This document shows, piece after piece, positions 60,501-64,000 of a stretch of 64,000 bases of DNA. A model generated the notes under the pieces. It searched no databases. It was not told the origin of the DNA and worked only from the letters and a program-made list of their open reading frames with translations. A program made the translations under genes and the position numbers. Position 1 is the first letter of the stretch, and every line of letters begins with the position of its first letter. The DNA comes from Candidatus Hydrogenedentota bacterium (lineage in GTDB: Bacteria > Hydrogenedentota > Hydrogenedentia > Hydrogenedentales > SLHB01). Location of the stretch: positions 32,001-96,000 of the forward strand of contig BTWA01000015.1 of the NCBI GenBank assembly GCA_045863295.1. The letters run 5' to 3'.

Positions 60501-61810
60501 TCGGACAGTCTGGTTTTGGACAGCAATGCAGGGTTTCCACCGGCCTCTCCATAGAGTATCTGCCGGTCATCCCCTACTCGGTCGAACACCAGCGTGGTGT
60601 TGGATCCCGCGAGCGCGATTGCCATCGGGTTGCGGTATGGAGTACTCCATTCTTTCGGCCAGGCGTGAAACCGGATAATGTCGGATTTCCATACCTTATC
60701 GTCGTACAACGCCACCGCGTACTGATTCGGATGCAGGAAGCTGCCGCGCAAGAACGTGGACTTGGTCCCGCCGTGGTTTCCAAACGGCGGAATCGGTTCG
60801 TCGGTTTGAGGCGTATCCGTGTAGTCCTCATACGTGGTTTCCCCTGATGGAATGTCATCCAGGAGCACAAAATCATCCCGGCCCGTGGTGGACCGGTATA
60901 TCCGGAGTTGGCTATACCCGGACGGTTTAGGCGTGTTCAACGTGAGAATCTGTCCCGGCTGGACAATGAGGCGATCGCTCTTCTTCGAGGGCGGGCCCTC
61001 AATCGGCGTGTTCTCGTCGATATCCCCAATATTCACCGAGGTCACGTAGTAAAACTGCTGTTGCCGCGGCCGCGTATAGTTCATGTCGAAGCGGAACACT
61101 ACCCAACAGCCGCCAGACCGGATCGTGATGTCCTGCGTCTCGACCACGTAAGTCTCTTCGTACGTCGGCCCGTACACGTCGGCTGCCTGCATGTTCGCGT
61201 ATACCTTCGCGTTCTTGTCGTACAAAGGCACGCTGATATTCGGTAGCTGCAGGTCCGACTCGCTCGCTACCGTGGGATAGGTTTGCTCCAATATGGGTCC
61301 GCCGTAGTCGTTCCCGGCGTCGGCGGCAAACGCAAACCGGTACTGTGGACCTTTGAAAAAGTAGGGGTGCTCCGGGTCAATCGTGAATTCATAGGTGTTC
61401 AGGCCAAGGAAACAAATAACAAACATGGACGCTTCGTTGTATGCCACCTGGCTTATGGTCAATGCGTCGGCGCGCAGTGCCGTTACTTCCATTTCGCCCG
61501 TCACGTCGCTGAATTGGCTTACCCAATCGTAGGCGAATATTTGCAGCCATTCCTCCGGATTCGCGATATACGCAAGCGAATTCTGTGTTGGCCGGGATGG
61601 TTTTGGAATTTTGAACACGTCCGAGGATGGAACCCCGGATTTAAGGTACGGACCTTCGTGCATGGTGTTGTACGGGCCCGGCAGTCGTAACCGCTTGATG
61701 GCGCCGCCCGAGATGTCGCAGTTGTGGGCGAGTTGCGCCGCGCCCTCGGGCAGTTTGTCCGAGGCAATCATCGGGACGATGCCGCGAAACCCGTTCAGTC
61801 GTATCGGCAT
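57545..61810 (-). CDS. Podovirus tail nozzle-like protein with about nine tandem C-terminal domains (1421 aa)
   Basis: N-terminus FRGIVP...LPEGAAQLAHNC, EGPPS, RIYRS, HAWP and WxxLSP recall nozzle-type proteins of 933W-like podophages; repeats from residue ~535. Confidence 0.75.
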   Translation of the reverse strand: MPIRLNGFRGIVPMIASDKLPEGAAQLAHNCDISGGAIKRLRLPGPYNTMHEGPYLKSGVPSSDVFKIPKPSRPTQNSLAYIANPEEWLQIFAYDWVSQFSDVTGEMEVTALRADALTISQVAYNEASMFVICFLGLNTYEFTIDPEHPYFFKGPQYRFAFAADAGNDYGGPILEQTYPTVASESDLQLPNISVPLYDKNAKVYANMQAADVYGPTYEETYVVETQDITIRSGGCWVVFRFDMNYTRPRQQQFYYVTSVNIGDIDENTPIEGPPSKKSDRLIVQPGQILTLNTPKPSGYSQLRIYRSTTGRDDFVLLDDIPSGETTYEDYTDTPQTDEPIPPFGNHGGTKSTFLRGSFLHPNQYAVALYDDKVWKSDIIRFHAWPKEWSTPYRNPMAIALAGSNTTLVFDRVGDDRQILYGEAGGNPALLSKTRLSDTHPLLNVRGLCRIGQTVFWPTQGGLAASNGGAPQIITKDHYTRAQWMALSPEHMTCKTVDNCILVEYTTESDSRRNLCIDLRNGVSITTYDSLTPAAWEFRSQVFLYDTPVVFDHFRVDGTETVSLDVYADGVLIKTLEVTGKDPIPLVTNPADDSEVTAAYEWYFHMRSVGVVRRFEAYERSILSMDGGTLELTPDRVGTWRSIWVNMGQPDRLSGIQVVAQHGGETDVRLFADGAPAAAVTTTGTGYQKFARGTRRGRLWMVDAHCDKAIDRLVLVRRQQVPAGAVIRELNDGPIPPWAGKVYELEKPTALQAITVEADAYPQTINLYYDRAETATLSVTVSGPHEHAIASSLLTGCVEFDVASDKDHEIRDIAIKVRVERNVSDGGIDETDPDSLIGVHYKFPDRGGFACGAIGATNYESVRLELTADGAVVFDQMIANGFVFQFPRSLPRAANWIRSIYTQARVFRLLLIPWRRESFAGDILPLVRPEAGVSPWLFTKWQSIDRMTPTSVDVFAESYPIPFRVFKDGDTEPTETISVTEPGEVRFTAVAGTSEYSFDFGGNDHLVKRANVYFKQPRILAEGQPAVITGPGLRKNVFRFTFPNAFACGFVAAPAQASDPDLVSNPVWLHFYADGDLVLSKRVVVGHAFTLPKSMPKASTYEVDIETTADVGVVTLMPYVHIPARDVIESRVGSALFPSWMYGIFEFAAPWIPRSFKVSTSETVSLDLYVNDATTRTKRFTVSDNTEVRIDNTYHVRTVQFDFAGEDHLVSAAYMFGEDSRPVEGGGLVIPGNGRVAWRNIHGEFKDTGSWSGARLAASAYPIPIRLILDGAVQQTLSVTSADEAEFSASLPNGKGWDIDIDPGTANIDSLVLLAREWYPVKNGVVFITRDREPWSWFGKYVLFPSPAAFATMRVTADAYPVQVRFTSAAGAVLLTSSAHDGRSIWLPRMRPDRQVKVDVIYPSTTQVHELALGMSLEAIRR

Positions 61811-61813
61811 GGC

Positions 61814-62176
61814 TCATTTTCCCACCCTGGGCGACAACCCGAGAAGCTCCGCGAGACACGCACTGGCAAACACGCCAGATAGTTGTATGTTCGCCGCATC
61901 CTGCCCTTCCTCGGATAGGGCCTTCGAACATACCCACAAGGCCAATGGCTCTTTGCCGCGACGGTCTAACGTGAGGGTATCGTTTAGGGTAGTGGGCTCC
62001 ACGATCTCTGCGATCGTGTCGTCTGCGGTCAAGTAGTAGTGCGGAGCGTAGTGTTTCACTGCCCGCTGCGCATCGTACAGGTACCCAAGCAGCGAGGCAT
62101 CGGTCCAACGGTACGCGCCCGCCGTGTCATCGTGTAATTTCTGGCGCACAAGCGCAATGACGTCGCCGGCCGTCAT
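61814..62176 (-). CDS. Phage head-tail adaptor-like protein (DUF6682-like)
   Basis: MTAGDVI..VR..L.D....RWTD..LL.YL.DAQR motif. Confidence 0.7.
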   Translation of the reverse strand: MTAGDVIALVRQKLHDDTAGAYRWTDASLLGYLYDAQRAVKHYAPHYYLTADDTIAEIVEPTTLNDTLTLDRRGKEPLALWVCSKALSEEGQDAANIQLSGVFASACLAELLGLSPRVGK

Positions 62177-63015
62177 ACAAACCTCCGTCGTCGAGGCTGA
62201 ATCACACCTGGCCCGTTTGCCGTCAGTATCTGGCGTTTGGCCTTCACCATCGCTTCGCGGTACCCCAAAAGGCGTTTATTGGCTTCGCCCGGGTTGCTCC
62301 ACGGCTTTCCCGGCATCGAAAGCAGATCCGCCAACGCTCCATCCGCCAACCCATCGCCATACTTGGTAATGAACCACGAGGGATAGACGGTGCAGGAAAC
62401 GTTCGGTTCGAACACCACACTGGGCACAATGTCCAAATCATCCACGCCCGCTTCCGCGCACAAGGTCAACAGGGTGGCTTCGTTGTTCACCCTGTAGTTC
62501 ACCCGGAGACCGTCTACCGTGACCTGGTTGACGCGCAGAATTGTGGCGTCGTAGTCCGTTGCCAACTCATATTCGTCCTCGCCTTCTTCTGTGGGGATGG
62601 CGTCCAGGTCCTCTTGCCATATACCGGTTTTCACGCAGAAGTCCCGCGCAGTCCGGCGTAGCACCTGTTTCACGATCGCGTCGTCGGCGCCGGCATGCGA
62701 GAGAATGAGCGGAAGAACGTCGTACAGGTTTCCCGTGTTGGGAGCTCGCTTGGACCACGGAACATGGTAATTCTCGCCGCCGTACACAAAGTGGAACGAG
62801 TACACGTATTCCACGTAGGGAATAACGTCCTCAATTTCGTAGGAGTACAGCCCTGTGCCGTCGTGGGTCACTGCGGTACCGGCGTCTACAACCACTTCGC
62901 CGGTGTCGCGCCGCTTCACTCCGTAGGCCGCACTTCCGTTGCTGAGCGCTGCTGCGGAGGCGTTGGTCAGAACGCCATCGATCTTGAAGCTGGCGCGAAT
63001 TGTCATGTTGGCCAT
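62173..63015 (-). CDS. Phage tail adaptor/ring-like protein with an extra N-terminal beta domain
   Basis: C-terminal LP.I...LRRTARDFC.KTGIW...GALADLLSMPGKPWSNP; N-terminal ~95 aa with GTGLYSY. Confidence 0.65.
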   Translation of the reverse strand: MANMTIRASFKIDGVLTNASAAALSNGSAAYGVKRRDTGEVVVDAGTAVTHDGTGLYSYEIEDVIPYVEYVYSFHFVYGGENYHVPWSKRAPNTGNLYDVLPLILSHAGADDAIVKQVLRRTARDFCVKTGIWQEDLDAIPTEEGEDEYELATDYDATILRVNQVTVDGLRVNYRVNNEATLLTLCAEAGVDDLDIVPSVVFEPNVSCTVYPSWFITKYGDGLADGALADLLSMPGKPWSNPGEANKRLLGYREAMVKAKRQILTANGPGVIQPRRRRFV

Positions 63016-63446
63016 TACTGCGTTGCCTCATAATGACGAATCAAGGAATTGCGCAGATCCTGGGTAAATTCTTCCAGCTTCTCCGTGTGAAGTGGCTTTA
63101 GAACTGCGTATGCCTCTGGATGTCTTTCTTCGATAAACCCAAGCAGATGTCGCTCACACCATTTGAAGTAGCAGGTACATACGGTGTGTGAAAACTCATG
63201 CAGCAAGTACCGGAGTTGCTTTTCCTCACTGCCTTCAAAGAATCCCGGATAAAGACTTATGACTACTTGGCGGTATTCCGGATCGCAGTTGATACAGCAA
63301 CAATCATTGCTTTCGCCGCTAACGTCACACAGGGAAACGGTTTCGACCCAGTTGGGCAATATGTACTTTAGCTTTTCCACCATGGCAAGGACCTGTTGTT
63401 CTCGGGCCTTGTTCTCGAAGTTGTTCATGACGATTCGGATTTTCAT
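63015..63446 (-). CDS. Small HExxH zincin-like protein
   Basis: YLLHEFSH preceded by a VVISLYP strand; coupled to both neighbours. Confidence 0.6.
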   Translation of the reverse strand: MKIRIVMNNFENKAREQQVLAMVEKLKYILPNWVETVSLCDVSGESNDCCCINCDPEYRQVVISLYPGFFEGSEEKQLRYLLHEFSHTVCTCYFKWCERHLLGFIEERHPEAYAVLKPLHTEKLEEFTQDLRNSLIRHYEATQ

Positions 63447-63562
63447 TCCTCGGCATCCAGGTCAGGGTTTTCGATTTCCACATCATGGGTATCCGTCTCT
63501 TCGCTCGGAGTGCTGGCCATTCCCATGGTCATCCAGGCCAACGGATTGAAACTGGTACCCAT
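63443..63562 (-). CDS. 39-aa acidic microprotein (below the ORF-track cutoff)
   Basis: MGTSFNPLAWMTMGMASTPSEETDTHDVEIENPDLDAEE*; TAATG overlap at the start, ATGA overlap at the end. Confidence 0.65.
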   Translation of the reverse strand: MGTSFNPLAWMTMGMASTPSEETDTHDVEIENPDLDAEE

Positions 63563-64000
63563 TAGGCTGCCTCCTCGACCGTGCGTCCAGTGCCCGCCGG
63601 CGGAATGGTCATCGTGAATAGAACCTCGTCACCCGCATGGTTGTAGAAGTCATAGACGAAACTCGGGTCGTCGTCTGTCCGGACAATTTTCCCGATGTTT
63701 CCGGACCGTATCTGGGCAATGGCATTCGCCAACGTCAGATCGCCGTCCACAGCTGCCGCAAGGACCGCCGTGGCGGTTTGGGTCGCGGAGGGGATTCCAC
63801 CTTCGGGTATGGCCGCGATTATTGTGTCTTGCTTCGCCTCCGTAGCGTCCCCGCCCACCGGCGCATTTTCCAGGGCGTCTGCAGTGAACTTGTACGGAGA
63901 CGTGGTCAGCATGGAATCCAGCTTATCCAGGATGGCTTTCAGGGCCGTGGTTGTGGGAGAGGTAACTACAGTGAACGCGAACGCACTCAATGTGCGTGTG
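63562..64000 (-). CDS. C-terminal part of a probable phage virion/fibre protein (partial)
   Basis: Frame appears open to the window edge; Ala/Thr-rich; ends GTGRTVEEAA. Confidence 0.6.
   Translation of the reverse strand, partial: TRTLSAFAFTVVTSPTTTALKAILDKLDSMLTTSPYKFTADALENAPVGGDATEAKQDTIIAAIPEGGIPSATQTATAVLAAAVDGDLTLANAIAQIRSGNIGKIVRTDDDPSFVYDFYNHAGDEVLFTMTIPPAGTGRTVEEAA

Larger units (their letters stand above)
41535..64000. mobile_element. Podovirus-like prophage, left part, probably integrated at tRNA-Val
   Basis: tRNA followed by a tyrosine integrase, then a tightly coupled minus-strand virion module; the partner att site is not in the window. Confidence 0.85.

Overview
Two-part window from a moderately GC-rich bacterium. 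Gene content suggests a Hydrogenedentota- or PVC-like lineage, but that is inference only. Positions 1-41.4 kb are host chromosome: tpx, two Tat-exported Gfo/Idh/MocA oxidoreductases, an ECF sigma/anti-sigma/DUF4097 unit, a pectate lyase, a CHASE3 phosphorelay, carbonic anhydrase, nrdR plus an apparently catalytically dead NrdD-like gene, rsmD, a DnaA-box cluster, a PilT-family ATPase, a LysM lytic transglycosylase, cyoE/SCO/DUF420, an MddA-like methyltransferase behind a sigma-54 promoter, yicC-gmk-rpoZ-coaBC, deoC, apbE and yceI. From tRNA-Val(GAC) (41458-41534) to the window end lies a podovirus-like prophage whose far end is outside the window. It contains a lipoprotein, a tyrosine integrase, a ~650-bp lattice of repeated binding-site-like motifs, an AT-rich DUF2335-like moron, a 3082-aa polyvalent virion-ejected protein and a tail module. 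Main candidates for novelty: (1) a tail nozzle whose normally single C-terminal domain is repeated about 9 times; (2) an intact double-ATP-cone pseudo-ribonucleotide reductase next to nrdR; (3) the binding-site lattice after the integrase; (4) cassette architecture and a spare out-of-frame C-terminus in the giant phage protein. All family calls come from motif recognition by eye; no searches were run.
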